In this document: positions 24,288 through 34,737 of the stretch, piece by piece
Layout of the letters: each line of letters opens with the position of its first letter
How positions within the stretch are numbered: the first letter of the stretch is position 1
Origin: Hyalangium minutum
Lineage (GTDB): Bacteria > Myxococcota > Myxococcia > Myxococcales > Myxococcaceae
Direction of reading: 5' to 3'
Assembly (NCBI RefSeq): GCF_000737315.1
Contig: NZ_JMCB01000009.1
Location: 186,001-250,000 of the forward strand
Length of the DNA stretch: 64,000 nucleotides
Translations under genes and position numbers: made by a program
Notes under the pieces: generated by a model
The model's database searches: none
What the model was told of the DNA's origin: nothing
Seen by the model: only the letters and a program-made list of their open reading frames with translations

Positions 24288-25835
24288 ATGCCTGCTCGCC
24301 CGCTTGCTCGACGTGTCCTGGCCGTCGCCCTGCTCGGAGCCCTCGCCACCCCCGCGTGCCGGACGATGAGGGAGGCCAGGGAGGACGTGGAGATCACTCT
24401 CCTGTCCATGGCCGACTACCACTCGCACGCCGTGCCCTTGTATTCCGAGGGCCAGCATGACCAAGCCGGCATCGCCCGCGTGGTGGCCTACCTCCAGGAG
24501 GCTCGGAAGCGCCCCAACACGCTCGTGGTGTCCGGCGGGGACACGATGAACCTGGGCACCCCCACCTGGAGCGACGAGTACCACTGCATCGAGTGGGCTT
24601 GGCTCAATGGGCTGGTGGACGTCATGGCCGTGGGCAACCACGATCTCGACTATGGCGCGGACGAGTTCCTCCGCTGCATGGGCACCGCGAACTACCCCGT
24701 CATCAGCTCCAACCTCGTGGGGAGCGATGGCACCCCACTGCTGAAGCCCAGCGGCAAGCCCTACGTCGTCCGCGAGGTGCAGGGCGTGCGCATCGGCTTC
24801 TTCGCCCTCGGTGGCCCGGACTTCCCCGCGCTCGTGCGCGCCGATCGCATGCCCGCAGGCTCCTCCTGGAAGGATCCTCTCGCCGCAGCCCAGGACACCG
24901 TGAAGACCCTGCGCGAGGTGGAGAAGGTCAATGCCGTGGTCTTCATCGGCCACGAGCACCGCCAGGACGACGAGGCCATGGCCAGGGCTGTCACTGGGAT
25001 CGATCTGATCTTCGGCTCGCACTCGCACCAGAAGAACGAGCTGGTCCAGTTGCCGGACAGCTCCACCTGGTTCATCTCTCCGTACCAGTACGGCGCCTAC
25101 CTGGGAGAGGTGCGGCTGCGCTTCCGCGAGGGCTCGTTGCAGCAAGTGTCAGGCGAGCTCGTGAAGCTGGATGAGACGCGCCCACAGGCCCCCGCTACGA
25201 AGGCCCAGGTGGATGAGCTGCAGCGCCAGCTCGTCGCCAAGCGGCCGGAGCGCTTCAGGGTACTCGGCCAGGCGCAGGTGGAGCTGAGCGACGCGAACCT
25301 CAACTCTGGCGAGTGCGTACTCGGCAACTGGGCCACCGAGGTGCTCCGCAAGGCAGCCCGTGCGCACATCTTCTTCTCCACCGCCTCCAGCTTCCGCGCG
25401 GGCATTCCTCCGGGCGACATCACCGTGGAGACCTTCTACACGGCCATCCCCTACAAGAACGAAGTCGTCACCGCGGACGTCACCGGGGAGCAACTCCGCG
25501 CTTGGGTGGAGCTGAGCGTGGCCAAGCGGGGCTCGGACGCGTTCAGCCAGCAGACGGGCGTGCGCTACCGCGTGGTGGACGGCAAGCCCACGGACCTCCA
25601 AGTGCTCCAGGATCCCGCCCGCCCCGAGCGGGGCTACACGGCGCTGGTGCCGAGCGCCACCTACCGGCTGAGCACCAGCAACTTCCAGGCGCTCGTGGCC
25701 GCGGGATACAAGGAGCTGTTCGCCACCTTCTCCCATCCGGTGCGCACGGGGATGGATGCGCACGCGCTGCTCATCCAGGCCCTCCAGGCCGCTCCCATCA
25801 CCGCCACCCTGGATGGCCGCACCGGCGGAGGCTGA
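24288..25835 (+). CDS. Bifunctional metallophosphatase / 5'-nucleotidase lipoprotein
   Basis: ADYHS, GGD, GNHDLDYG, GHE, GSHSH motifs; lipobox TPAC; 5'-nucleotidase C-terminal domain. Confidence 0.9.
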   Translation: MPARPLARRVLAVALLGALATPACRTMREAREDVEITLLSMADYHSHAVPLYSEGQHDQAGIARVVAYLQEARKRPNTLVVSGGDTMNLGTPTWSDEYHCIEWAWLNGLVDVMAVGNHDLDYGADEFLRCMGTANYPVISSNLVGSDGTPLLKPSGKPYVVREVQGVRIGFFALGGPDFPALVRADRMPAGSSWKDPLAAAQDTVKTLREVEKVNAVVFIGHEHRQDDEAMARAVTGIDLIFGSHSHQKNELVQLPDSSTWFISPYQYGAYLGEVRLRFREGSLQQVSGELVKLDETRPQAPATKAQVDELQRQLVAKRPERFRVLGQAQVELSDANLNSGECVLGNWATEVLRKAARAHIFFSTASSFRAGIPPGDITVETFYTAIPYKNEVVTADVTGEQLRAWVELSVAKRGSDAFSQQTGVRYRVVDGKPTDLQVLQDPARPERGYTALVPSATYRLSTSNFQALVAAGYKELFATFSHPVRTGMDAHALLIQALQAAPITATLDGRTGGG

Positions 25836-25886
25836 GCGCCCGCGCAGTGGTCCGGCTCGGCGCCCCGGTGGTAGGGTGCGCGCCCC

Positions 25887-26120
25887 ATGGCCAAGTCCCC
25901 CTGCCCCGTGTCCCTGCCCCAGTTCCTCGAGAAGGCCGAGCCCCTCAAGGTCGTCATCAACGGCCAGGAGATGCTCGCCGAAGTGAAGTCGTTCTCCACC
26001 GGCTCGTTTGGCTGGTACATCAATGGAAAGACGACCGTCACCGTCGACGGCAAGCTGCTCTCGGTGCAGATCGGCATGAACCTGACCGTCGTCGGCTCGA
26101 AGGAAGCCCCGCGCGAGTAG
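25887..26120 (+). CDS. Small beta-rich hypothetical protein (77 aa)
   Basis: Clean GC3 bias; FSTGSFGW motif. Confidence 0.75.
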   Translation: MAKSPCPVSLPQFLEKAEPLKVVINGQEMLAEVKSFSTGSFGWYINGKTTVTVDGKLLSVQIGMNLTVVGSKEAPRE

Positions 26121-26132
26121 GCTCCGGCCGCC

Positions 26133-27467
26133 TCAGCGCCGGAACAGCCCGAGCAACCGCTGGAAGAACCCCTGCCGCGGCTTGTCCTGAGGCGCAGCGG
26201 TGGGGGGCTCCTCCTTCTGCTCCGTCTGTTCTTTCTCCACCGCCCGGACCACTCCGCAGATCTTCCCCTCCGAGATGATCAGCGGCGTGGTCGAGATGGG
26301 CTCCGAGGCGTTCTTGGCATGCTCGGCGGCCAGAATGGCCATCAGCCCATTCATCAACTGCGGCGATCGCACATCCCCGATGAACAGCAGCCCCTTGCGT
26401 GGCACTCCGGCCACGAGCAGCGGGGTCTTCAGCCGCTCGTGCATGCCGCGCAGGAACTCCCCATCCAGGAGCTTCTCCGCGGCGAAGTAGCTGCCCGAGA
26501 CCACGAAGAGCTTCCCCTCGGTCTCGTCGATCTCCTGGACTTCGACCTCCACCTCCTTCAGCGTCTCCACCGCCTGCGCGTGCAGTGACTCCACCTCCAG
26601 CTCGCGCGTGCCGTCCTTCACGAAGATGGCGAACGAGTTCGGCATGTCCTCGCCATAGGCCATCAGCGGCACCTCGGCGGCCGTCTTCTCGCCCTCCAGC
26701 ACCGGCCGGCACACCGTCTTGTCCCGGCCTGCCCAGTCCGGCGGCTTGAGCGTCAGGAGCACCCGCTTGGGCTGCTCCTTCCGGTTCAGATGGTCCTCGG
26801 CCATGCGCAGCAGGTGCACCAGACTGTCCCGCTCCCCGTTCTTCAGGAAGCGCTCGGCCCGGCCCACCGCGTTGATGCGCGGACTCGACTCTCCGCCCGG
26901 CGCCAGGTGAAAGATGAAGGGCAGCGTCGCCATGCCCTGCACCTCGATCCACCGGCCTCCACACCGGGTCCGCAACAGCTCTCCCGCCACGGCCGCCAGC
27001 GCCACCACCCGCGTCCAGTGGCCGATCTCATCATCTTCCGGGCCAGGCGCCCCCAGGTAGTCACGCTCCAACGCGACAAGGGACCTCTCCTCCACCGGCA
27101 AGTCCCGCTCGCGGAGCACCCGTCTCGCCAGCTTCCGGAACGCCTCGTCCGCCAGCTCCTCGGGAGTGCCCAGCACGCCCTCGTAGATGAGATCGTCGTC
27201 GTTCACCATGAGCCGGCCCCCGGCGGCCGTCACGACGCGCTGCAGGAAGTCGGGAGGCCGCTCGAAGCTGACATAGAGCACCCGGACGCCGCCCTCGCGC
27301 TCACCCATCTGCCGCGCGTTCAGCACCCGCGTCAGCGCGAAGAGGGTGGAGACCTCGGCCTCCTGCTGCACCTCCACGGTGGGGCGGTGGTCCGTCTGGT
27401 GGAAGGACTTCTTTCCGGTCCGGGGGTCCTGGGTGACCAGATCGATGCGATCGAGACTGCTGTACAT
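26133..27467 (-). CDS. Hypothetical protein
   Basis: Long ORF with GC3 bias; likely start MYSSLDRID at 27467; no family recognised with confidence. Confidence 0.7.
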   Translation of the reverse strand: MYSSLDRIDLVTQDPRTGKKSFHQTDHRPTVEVQQEAEVSTLFALTRVLNARQMGEREGGVRVLYVSFERPPDFLQRVVTAAGGRLMVNDDDLIYEGVLGTPEELADEAFRKLARRVLRERDLPVEERSLVALERDYLGAPGPEDDEIGHWTRVVALAAVAGELLRTRCGGRWIEVQGMATLPFIFHLAPGGESSPRINAVGRAERFLKNGERDSLVHLLRMAEDHLNRKEQPKRVLLTLKPPDWAGRDKTVCRPVLEGEKTAAEVPLMAYGEDMPNSFAIFVKDGTRELEVESLHAQAVETLKEVEVEVQEIDETEGKLFVVSGSYFAAEKLLDGEFLRGMHERLKTPLLVAGVPRKGLLFIGDVRSPQLMNGLMAILAAEHAKNASEPISTTPLIISEGKICGVVRAVEKEQTEQKEEPPTAAPQDKPRQGFFQRLLGLFRR

Positions 27468-27522
27468 CCATTCTCCAATGCATGAGCGAAATCGAAGTAC
27501 CACCGCCCACGGCCCAAGCGGC

Positions 27523-27702
27523 TCAGTCGTCGAAGCCGCTCGAAGGGGGTCCCTCCTGCTCCGCTGGCTCCTCCGCCTCCTGGCCCTCGGAGGTCGTGGG
27601 ATCCTCGATCAGCGAGGCCAGCCAGTGGAACATGGCCCATCCGCCCCCGAGCAAGAGGAGCCCTGCCCCAAAAAAGACGCCCACTTTGGTTCCAGGATCC
27701 AT
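27523..27702 (-). CDS. Small single-pass membrane protein (59 aa), absent from the ORF track
   Basis: MDPGTKVGVFFGAGLLLLGGGWAMFHWLASLIEDPTTSEGQEAEEPAEQEGPPSSGFDD; GGTGAGG RBS immediately upstream; hydrophobic helix followed by an acidic tail. Confidence 0.55.
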   Translation of the reverse strand: MDPGTKVGVFFGAGLLLLGGGWAMFHWLASLIEDPTTSEGQEAEEPAEQEGPPSSGFDD

Positions 27703-27836
27703 GCCTCACCTACACCTTTGGACCACCTTCTAATCTAGCCTAACCCCTCCGAGTCCGGGGAGAGGCCAGCCGAAGTCCAGCCTCTTCCAGGGATGGTGCT
27801 GGCCAGTAAACAGCGGGTGCGATAGACCGGGAGTGA

Positions 27837-28802
27837 ATGCTCCGATACTCCGCCGACCGTCGAACCCTTCTGTGGTGCGCAGCGATGCCCGTGGTGGCGT
27901 TGTCCATGTACGCCAACCCAGGCCTCATCCCGTGGCTGTCCCCCCTGGCGTGCTACCTGGCGCTGTCGGCGGGAGTCATCGCCCACAACCACAACCACTG
28001 CCCCACCTTCACGAACCGGAAGCTGAACAACGCGTTCGGCATGTGGTTGTCCATCTTCTACGGGTACCCGACCTTCGCGTGGATCCCCACCCACAACCTG
28101 AACCACCACAAGTTCGTCAACAAGGCGGGGGACGCCACCATCACCTGGCGGTACACCAACAAGCACAACCTCTGGGTGGCCCTCACCTACTTCTTCGTCT
28201 CGTCCTACTTCCAGAGCGATCCGATCAAGGCCTTCATCCGCAAGGCGCGCACCAACAACCCCACCCTGTTCCGGCAGATCGTCACCCAGTACGTGGTGTG
28301 GGCCGGCACGCACGTGCTCCTGCTGGCGCTGGCCATGGTGCTACACGGGGTGTGGGCGGGCGCGCGGGTGTGGCTGTTCGCCTTCGCCATTCCGGCCGTG
28401 TTCGCGCTGTGGACGATCATGTTCTTCAACTACATCCAGCACGTGCACACGGATCCGTGGAGCGAGCACAACCACAGCCGCAGCTGGACGGGGAAGGCCA
28501 TCAACTTCTTCCTCTTCAACAACGCGCTCCACGCCGCGCACCATGAGATGCCCGGCGCCCACTGGAGCACGCTGCGCGAGGCCCACGCCCGCATCGAGCC
28601 GGAGATCCACCCCGAGCTCAAGCCGCGCTACTTCTTCCCGTGGTGCTTCGCCAACTACGTGCTGGCGCCCGTCCTCCCCCGTTTCGGCACACAGCAGGTC
28701 GGCCGCCCCCCCTTCTCCCCGCCCAGCGGAGAGAAGGCGGAGGTGGCCTTCGGCGACGAGCTGGATGCCGTGGAGTCCGGCGTCAACGCCGCGCGCGTGT
28801 AG
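27837..28802 (+). CDS. Membrane fatty acid desaturase family protein
   Basis: Three His boxes HNHNH, HNLNHH and HAAHH; TM segments. Confidence 0.88.
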   Translation: MLRYSADRRTLLWCAAMPVVALSMYANPGLIPWLSPLACYLALSAGVIAHNHNHCPTFTNRKLNNAFGMWLSIFYGYPTFAWIPTHNLNHHKFVNKAGDATITWRYTNKHNLWVALTYFFVSSYFQSDPIKAFIRKARTNNPTLFRQIVTQYVVWAGTHVLLLALAMVLHGVWAGARVWLFAFAIPAVFALWTIMFFNYIQHVHTDPWSEHNHSRSWTGKAINFFLFNNALHAAHHEMPGAHWSTLREAHARIEPEIHPELKPRYFFPWCFANYVLAPVLPRFGTQQVGRPPFSPPSGEKAEVAFGDELDAVESGVNAARV

Positions 28803-28823
28803 GCCGCGGCGCCGAGCGGCCGC

Positions 28824-29471
28824 TCACCTCAGCGAGGGCGGCCGCTTCGCCGGGACGCACCGCAGCTGCGTCGGGTCACACACAGTGGAGAAGTCGGGGT
28901 TGATGCCGCCGGCATTCGCGCAGATGCCGTTGTCCGGCTCCCCCGCCTCGTTGGCGCAGTCCACGTCTCCCGGCCACATGCCCCACACCTCGTACTCCGC
29001 CGTACACCCGTCCTCGGTGTACGTCAGGTCCGCCACCATCTGAGTGCCCGGCGCCAGCGGAAGCGCGAGGATCCGCACGTTGCTCCACGCGTAGGTGATG
29101 CTCGTGGCGGGCAGGTCCGCGGTGGCGGGCGCCTGCTTCTCCGCCGTGCCCACCGTGGCCGAGCAGAAGCCCTCCGCGTCCGCCTCCTTCGCCAGCGCGC
29201 CGATGGAGTACGCCAGCCGCTCCGGATCCCGCTCGTCCAGCGCCACGAGCGTGGCCGGCTTGATGGACAGCTGCTCCTCGCCCGTGGGCGTGGAGAACTT
29301 CTGGATGCCGAGCTGCTCGCCGGCCTTCACCGGACAGCTGCTCGGGCCCTTGGGCTTGTAGGTGACAGCCCAGGTGAGGCTCTGCACCGGACAGCCAATG
29401 GGCGGCTGCTCCGTCTCACAGGCCGCCATCAGCGAGGCGGCCACCAGCATTCCAAGGAGTCGTCGATTCAT
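28824..29471 (-). CDS. mlpA: MlpA-like lipoprotein
   Basis: Lipobox MAAC, Cys-rich, directly downstream of the Oar-like receptor as in the M. xanthus oar-mlpA arrangement. Confidence 0.6.
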   Translation of the reverse strand: MNRRLLGMLVAASLMAACETEQPPIGCPVQSLTWAVTYKPKGPSSCPVKAGEQLGIQKFSTPTGEEQLSIKPATLVALDERDPERLAYSIGALAKEADAEGFCSATVGTAEKQAPATADLPATSITYAWSNVRILALPLAPGTQMVADLTYTEDGCTAEYEVWGMWPGDVDCANEAGEPDNGICANAGGINPDFSTVCDPTQLRCVPAKRPPSLR

Positions 29472-29500
29472 GGGAGAAACCTTTCCAAGGTGCAGCGCGA

Positions 29501-32500
29501 CTAGAACGACACCCGGGCGCCGAAGCGGAACGAGCGCGGCGCCTGATACGCGGTGGGCTTGCCGAAGTTCTTGTTGATGGCCTCGTCGGGGATCGGCTCC
29601 TCCGTCTCGGCGTCCAGCACCTTGCCGGGCAGATCCGCCCGCGTGCCGCCCACGATGGGCAGCACCGGCGAGTACGTGTAGTTCTGGTCGTACGCCGTGG
29701 CCGTCTGGAAGTTGAACACGTTGAACACATCCAGGCTCACCGAGGCCGTGATGTCCTTCGCCAGCTGGTAGTTGACCGCCAGGCGGCTGTCGAAGCGGTT
29801 CACCCAGGGCAGCCGGCCCGCGGTGCCGCGCGGCAGGATGTAGGCCTGCCCCGCGCCGTAGTCCACGTGCGCCCCCAGGTAGCTCAGCGGCGTGCCCGAG
29901 CTTCCCCGGTACGACAGGCCCAGGTTCAGGCTCAGCCCCGGCCGCAGCACGAACTCGCGCGCGCCGAACGCCTTGAGCTGGTGCGTCCGGTCCGCTGGCA
30001 GCAGGCCGCTCCGGTTGGGCAGCAGCGACACCAGGTCGAAGTCCGAGTTGATGTTCGGATCCAGCTGGCCGGTGTCCGAGCGGAACAGCCCCTCGTAGTT
30101 ACCGTAGAGCCGCGACCACGTGTAGCTCACCTGCGCCAGCCACAGGTTGGAGAAGTTCTTCTGGAAGAAGAGCGTCATCCCATCGTAGTTGCGCTTCGGC
30201 TTCACGAAGTCCTTGGCGAAGCCGTAGCCCGGGTTGCCGATGAAGTACGTGGCGCCGTCATCGCGGCTCATGTCCTCGATGGCGATGTTCAGCGTGCGCC
30301 GCGTGTACGACAGGCCCACGCGCGCGTTGGCGATCACCTCGTACTCGCCGCCCACGGTGAACTCGTCCGTGGACTGGGGCTTGATGGCCGGATCCACGAT
30401 GGTGGCGCCCGCGCCCACCGTGCTCCAGAGGGCGTTGGCGTCCAGCGGATCCTGATCGCGCAGGCGCACCTCGTCGCTCTGGCAGATACCGCGCTGCTGC
30501 TCCGGATCCCTCGGGTCGCACTTGGTGGCGTCCTTGCTCGAGCGCACGCCCGGCTCGCCTGGGAACGAGCGGTCCACCATGTCCAGCGGCACGCTCTCGT
30601 AGTACCGCGCATAGCTGCCGAAGATCTTCATGCGGCCCGTGCGCGTCGGATCCACAATGAGGCCCAGCCGCGGAGACCACTGGTACGGCAGCACCAGTGC
30701 CGTCTTCCCGCCGCCGACGAGCTGCTGCGTGTCGTAGCGCAGGCCCAGGTTCAGCGTGGCCGTGTTGTCCAGCATCGTCCAGCTGTCCTGGACGAACGCG
30801 CCCGCGGCGTTGGACTTGGACAGCGGACTCTGCGAATCCTGGATCATCACCTGATCCGGCGCCACCAGGTAGCCGTACTGGCGGTAGTCGTAGAAGTAGT
30901 CCCCCTCGTCCGACTCGATGAGCACCGTGCGGCCCGTCACCGAGCGGGTGTGGTCGTAGACCATCTGCTCCAGATCGATACCGGCCTTGAAGACGTGCTG
31001 GCCCGCGGCGTTCACCAGGTAGGTGCCCACCGCCTTGGCCTGGTAGCGATCCAGCGTCGCGTCATCCAGGCGGCCTGGGCCACCCGTCAGGTACGAGAGC
31101 ACCGGGCACAGCGTGGAGATCGCCGGGTTGGGCGAGTCGCACACGGACGGATCCTGCAGGGACTCGAACTCGGTGATGGAGTGCTGCGAGGGCGTGGTCC
31201 GCTGCCAGGTGACGTTGGAGATGCCCGCCAGCCCCTCCATGGTGCCGCCCTGCGTGCCGTCCGAGGCGCGCACCGAGAGCTTCTGGTGATGCCAGCCCAC
31301 CGTGGCGTTGAAGAGCAGCCGCTTCTCCAGGAACGAGGAGGACCACTTGAGGCTGGTGTCCAGGCTGCTGTTGCTGCGCTGGGTGGCGATGGCGCCGTAC
31401 TCACCCGAGATGCGATCCACCTCGGGCGCGCCCGTGCGCTCGCTGATGGAGAACTTGCCCGAGCCTCCCGACGACGAGGGAGAGCCCGTCACCGTCACCG
31501 CCACGTTGTGGTCCGCGTTGAGCAGATAGGTGAGCTTGCCGATGTACTGGAACGTCTTCTGATCCGCGAAGTAGAACTTCTGCGTGCCCTCGATGGGCCG
31601 CGTCTGCGTGAAGCCGCGCTCGTCCTGGGCGAGCTCGCCGTTCTCGCCCAGCACCAGGGCGTTGAGGTTGCGCTCCAGCTGGTAGCGCGTGAACGAGGGT
31701 GCCACGCCCACGTAGAACCAGAGCTTGTCCTTGAGGATGGGTCCGCCCAGCTCCGCGCCCACGTCGCCCAGGTTCCACAGAGAGGACCGGCCGGAGATGG
31801 TGCCCGCCTCCTGGCGGATCTCCGTGGGGCTGCCGCTGAGCCCTCCCGGGGAGAAGTTGCCGAACACCGAGCCGTGGAACTCGTTGGAGCCGGACTTCGT
31901 CACCGCGTTGACGACGCCGCCCGTGGAGCGGCCGTACTCCGGCAGGTAGCCGCCGCTGATGACGTTCACCTCGCCGATGAACTCCACGCTCAGCGGCGTG
32001 CCGTTGATACCGAAGCCTGGATCATTCACCGAGATACCGTCGACGATGTATTGGTTCTCGGGAGACGTGGCGCCGCTCACCGAGACACCGTAGGTGTCCG
32101 CGTTAGCGCCCGGGGCCAGCTCGGCCAGGGACTCGAAGGAGCGCGAGGCCGCCCCCTTCCCCGTCGGCGCCACCACGGCGATGTTCCGCACGAAGGACTC
32201 GCTGACGTTCACCCCCGAGGAGGTGGAGCCGATGTCCACCGTGGGGGCCTGCGCCACCACCTGGATCTCCTCGGTGAGCGCGGACTCGGGAATAAGCTCC
32301 ACGTTGACACGCACCGAGTAGTCCAGCCGCAGGGCGATGTTCTCCCGGCTGTAGGGCTTGAAGGCCTCTTTCTCGAAGCGGAGCGTGTAGACGCCGGGGG
32401 GCAGCTGGGGGATGCGGTAGTTGCCGTCTTCATCCGTGACGACCGCCTGCTCACCCTGCAGCTTGGGAGACGTGGCCGTCACCACCACGTCGGCCACAGG

Positions 32501-32629
32501 GCGCTTCGTCACGGTGTCCGTCACATTGCCGAGCAACACCGAGGTGCCTTGAGCCAGGGCCTGGCTGCTCGCCAAACACAGGGCTAGCACCAACAGTCCG
32601 GCGCACCGGGGAGTCCTTCTCTCTGTCAT
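29501..32629 (-). CDS. oar: Oar-like TonB-dependent receptor with carboxypeptidase-regulatory-like N-domain
   Basis: Signal peptide, G.VTD...ATSP.LQG, ENQYIVDG, GGYLPEYGRSTGGVVNAVTKSGSNEFHG, C-terminal FGARVSF. Start set at MTERR (32629). Orthologue versus paralogue not resolvable. Confidence 0.8.
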   Translation of the reverse strand: MTERRTPRCAGLLVLALCLASSQALAQGTSVLLGNVTDTVTKRPVADVVVTATSPKLQGEQAVVTDEDGNYRIPQLPPGVYTLRFEKEAFKPYSRENIALRLDYSVRVNVELIPESALTEEIQVVAQAPTVDIGSTSSGVNVSESFVRNIAVVAPTGKGAASRSFESLAELAPGANADTYGVSVSGATSPENQYIVDGISVNDPGFGINGTPLSVEFIGEVNVISGGYLPEYGRSTGGVVNAVTKSGSNEFHGSVFGNFSPGGLSGSPTEIRQEAGTISGRSSLWNLGDVGAELGGPILKDKLWFYVGVAPSFTRYQLERNLNALVLGENGELAQDERGFTQTRPIEGTQKFYFADQKTFQYIGKLTYLLNADHNVAVTVTGSPSSSGGSGKFSISERTGAPEVDRISGEYGAIATQRSNSSLDTSLKWSSSFLEKRLLFNATVGWHHQKLSVRASDGTQGGTMEGLAGISNVTWQRTTPSQHSITEFESLQDPSVCDSPNPAISTLCPVLSYLTGGPGRLDDATLDRYQAKAVGTYLVNAAGQHVFKAGIDLEQMVYDHTRSVTGRTVLIESDEGDYFYDYRQYGYLVAPDQVMIQDSQSPLSKSNAAGAFVQDSWTMLDNTATLNLGLRYDTQQLVGGGKTALVLPYQWSPRLGLIVDPTRTGRMKIFGSYARYYESVPLDMVDRSFPGEPGVRSSKDATKCDPRDPEQQRGICQSDEVRLRDQDPLDANALWSTVGAGATIVDPAIKPQSTDEFTVGGEYEVIANARVGLSYTRRTLNIAIEDMSRDDGATYFIGNPGYGFAKDFVKPKRNYDGMTLFFQKNFSNLWLAQVSYTWSRLYGNYEGLFRSDTGQLDPNINSDFDLVSLLPNRSGLLPADRTHQLKAFGAREFVLRPGLSLNLGLSYRGSSGTPLSYLGAHVDYGAGQAYILPRGTAGRLPWVNRFDSRLAVNYQLAKDITASVSLDVFNVFNFQTATAYDQNYTYSPVLPIVGGTRADLPGKVLDAETEEPIPDEAINKNFGKPTAYQAPRSFRFGARVSF

Positions 32630-32804
32630 GGGGTGTGTCTTGCCCGGGGGGTTATGCTGCTCTCCGCCGGGCTCCTCGCGGGGGCGTAAGAAATGTCCGC
32701 GCGCGGACAGAATCAAGTGTTGCGTTCAGTCAACACAGGGATCCCCTTAGTGCATGTGGGGTGAAGCGCCTGATACCTGGGGCTAGGCTGTAGCGGGGTA
32801 CATC

Positions 32805-34733
32805 ATGGCAAGCACTTCCTCCTCTGCGGCCCTCTCTGACTCATTCCGCTCCTCGGTTCCAGAAGGAACCTCCAGAAAACCCCGGTCGTGGATCCTGGAC
32901 CGCCTGGACTCGCTGCTCTCGAAGGAGCTCCGGCAAGGCACGCCCTCGGCGCTGGTGCGCAACCGTGTCCTTGCGGGGAGCAGCGTCCTGCTGCTGCTGC
33001 TGGCCGTGATCAGCGTGGTGACGTTCCCCGAGCCCGGGCTGCGCATCGTCGTGGGCATCCTCTGCGTGCTCTATGGCTCCGCGACGGTGATGTTGAGGCG
33101 TGTGAAGTCCCACCTGCTCCCGGCGAGCATCTTGTGCGCCGCCTCGTTCGTGGGAGGCGGGACGTTGCTCGTCATGCTGCGGGATGGGGCGCCCTACTTT
33201 GGGACGCACGCGGGGCTGATGCTGCAGCCCGCGCTGGCAGTCTACCTGCTGGGCGCGCGGCGGGGACTCTTCGTGGCGCTCGCCTGGGTCTGTGTGTCGC
33301 TGCTCTTCCCGTTCTATTACACGCAGTTCGGCCAGGGCGCGAGGGGGCTGGCGGACATGCTCCTGTGGCCGCTCTACTTCTGCGCCGCCTTCTCCTTCTT
33401 CAGCTCCTGGGGGCTGGGCTCGCTGCACAGCTCCGCGCTCACCGAGGCCCAGGGCACCATCGAGCGCACGCTGAAGGAGCTGCGCGACAGCGAGAACCAC
33501 CTGTCCAGCCTCATCGAGAGCACGGATGATCTGGTGATCTCCCTGGACACCGAAGGGCGGATGGTGACCGCCAACACCGCGGCGAAGCGGGTGTGCCAGA
33601 AACTCTTCGGCCAAGCGCCCGTGGTGGGCCATTCCTTCTTCCCTGAGCACCTCGGCGAGATGCGGGAGCTCTGGGAGCAGCGGCTGTCCCTGGCGCTCGC
33701 CGGACAGCGCCAGCGCTACGAGGAGGAGCAGGAGCTCGACGGTGTCCACATGACGTTCGACATCAGCGTCAACCCCATCCACGACACCGAGGGACGCATC
33801 AAGGGCGTCACCGTCTTCGCCCGGGACATCACCGCGCGCAAGGAGGCGGAGCTGCGGCTGGGAGAGATGCACCGAACCCTGGTGGACGTGTCCCGCCAGG
33901 CAGGCATGGCGGAGATTGCCACCGGCGTGCTGCACAACGTGGGCAACACCCTCAACAGCGTCAACGTCTCCACGACGCTCGTCATCGACAAGCTGCGCCA
34001 GTCCCGCCTCCCCGGGCTGTCCCGGGCCTGCGCTCTGATGGAGGAGCGCACCCCGGATCTGTGCCGGTTCCTCACAGAGGATCCCCAGGGCAAGCTGCTG
34101 CCCTCATACCTGTCCGCCCTGTCCGATCAGCTCCAGCAAGAGCACACCGCCGCGCTCAAGGAGCTGCGCTCGCTCAGCGACAGCATCGAGCACATGAAGT
34201 TCGTCATCAGCATGCAGCAGAAGTACGCGCGCACCGCTGGAACCTCGGAGGAGCTGTACGTGCCCCAGCTCATCGACGAGGCGCTGCGCCTGCACGCCGT
34301 CTCCTTCGAGAACCTGGGCATCCGCATCGAGCGCGACTACGCGGGTGTGCCCCCCGTGCTGCTCGACAGGCACCGGCTGCTCCAGATCCTGGTGAACCTG
34401 CTGAGCAATGCCCGAGACGCGCTCATCTCCAGCGGCACTCGGGAGAAGCGGCTGACCATTGGCATCCACCCCGCCTCCGAGAGCGGGCGCCTGCTGATCC
34501 AGGTGTCGGACAACGGCATCGGCATTGCCCCGGAGAACACGGCGCGCATGTTCACCCAGGGCTTTACGACGAAGAAGGACGGCCACGGCTTCGGCCTGCA
34601 CATCAGCGCCCTGGCGGCCATGGAGATGAAGGGCCGGCTCACCTGCTCCAGCCCCGGACTGGGCCAGGGCGCCACCTTCACGCTGGAGCTGCCTACCGCC
34701 GCCGAGGCCCCCGCCGAGCGCGCCTTCGCCTGA
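32805..34733 (+). CDS. Membrane PAS sensor histidine kinase
   Basis: Several TM helices, PAS domain, H-box GVLHNVGN, QILVNLLSNA, DNGIG, FTTK, GFGL. Confidence 0.9.
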   Translation: MASTSSSAALSDSFRSSVPEGTSRKPRSWILDRLDSLLSKELRQGTPSALVRNRVLAGSSVLLLLLAVISVVTFPEPGLRIVVGILCVLYGSATVMLRRVKSHLLPASILCAASFVGGGTLLVMLRDGAPYFGTHAGLMLQPALAVYLLGARRGLFVALAWVCVSLLFPFYYTQFGQGARGLADMLLWPLYFCAAFSFFSSWGLGSLHSSALTEAQGTIERTLKELRDSENHLSSLIESTDDLVISLDTEGRMVTANTAAKRVCQKLFGQAPVVGHSFFPEHLGEMRELWEQRLSLALAGQRQRYEEEQELDGVHMTFDISVNPIHDTEGRIKGVTVFARDITARKEAELRLGEMHRTLVDVSRQAGMAEIATGVLHNVGNTLNSVNVSTTLVIDKLRQSRLPGLSRACALMEERTPDLCRFLTEDPQGKLLPSYLSALSDQLQQEHTAALKELRSLSDSIEHMKFVISMQQKYARTAGTSEELYVPQLIDEALRLHAVSFENLGIRIERDYAGVPPVLLDRHRLLQILVNLLSNARDALISSGTREKRLTIGIHPASESGRLLIQVSDNGIGIAPENTARMFTQGFTTKKDGHGFGLHISALAAMEMKGRLTCSSPGLGQGATFTLELPTAAEAPAERAFA

Positions 34734-34737
34734 CCCT

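Noticed and set aside
29867-32587. 906-aa plus-strand ORF, and similar long ORFs at 1178-2731, 2738-4336, 13558-15447 and 52266-53780
   Set aside because: Antisense shadows of well-supported genes; long stop-free frames are expected opposite GC3-rich genes and show no motifs.
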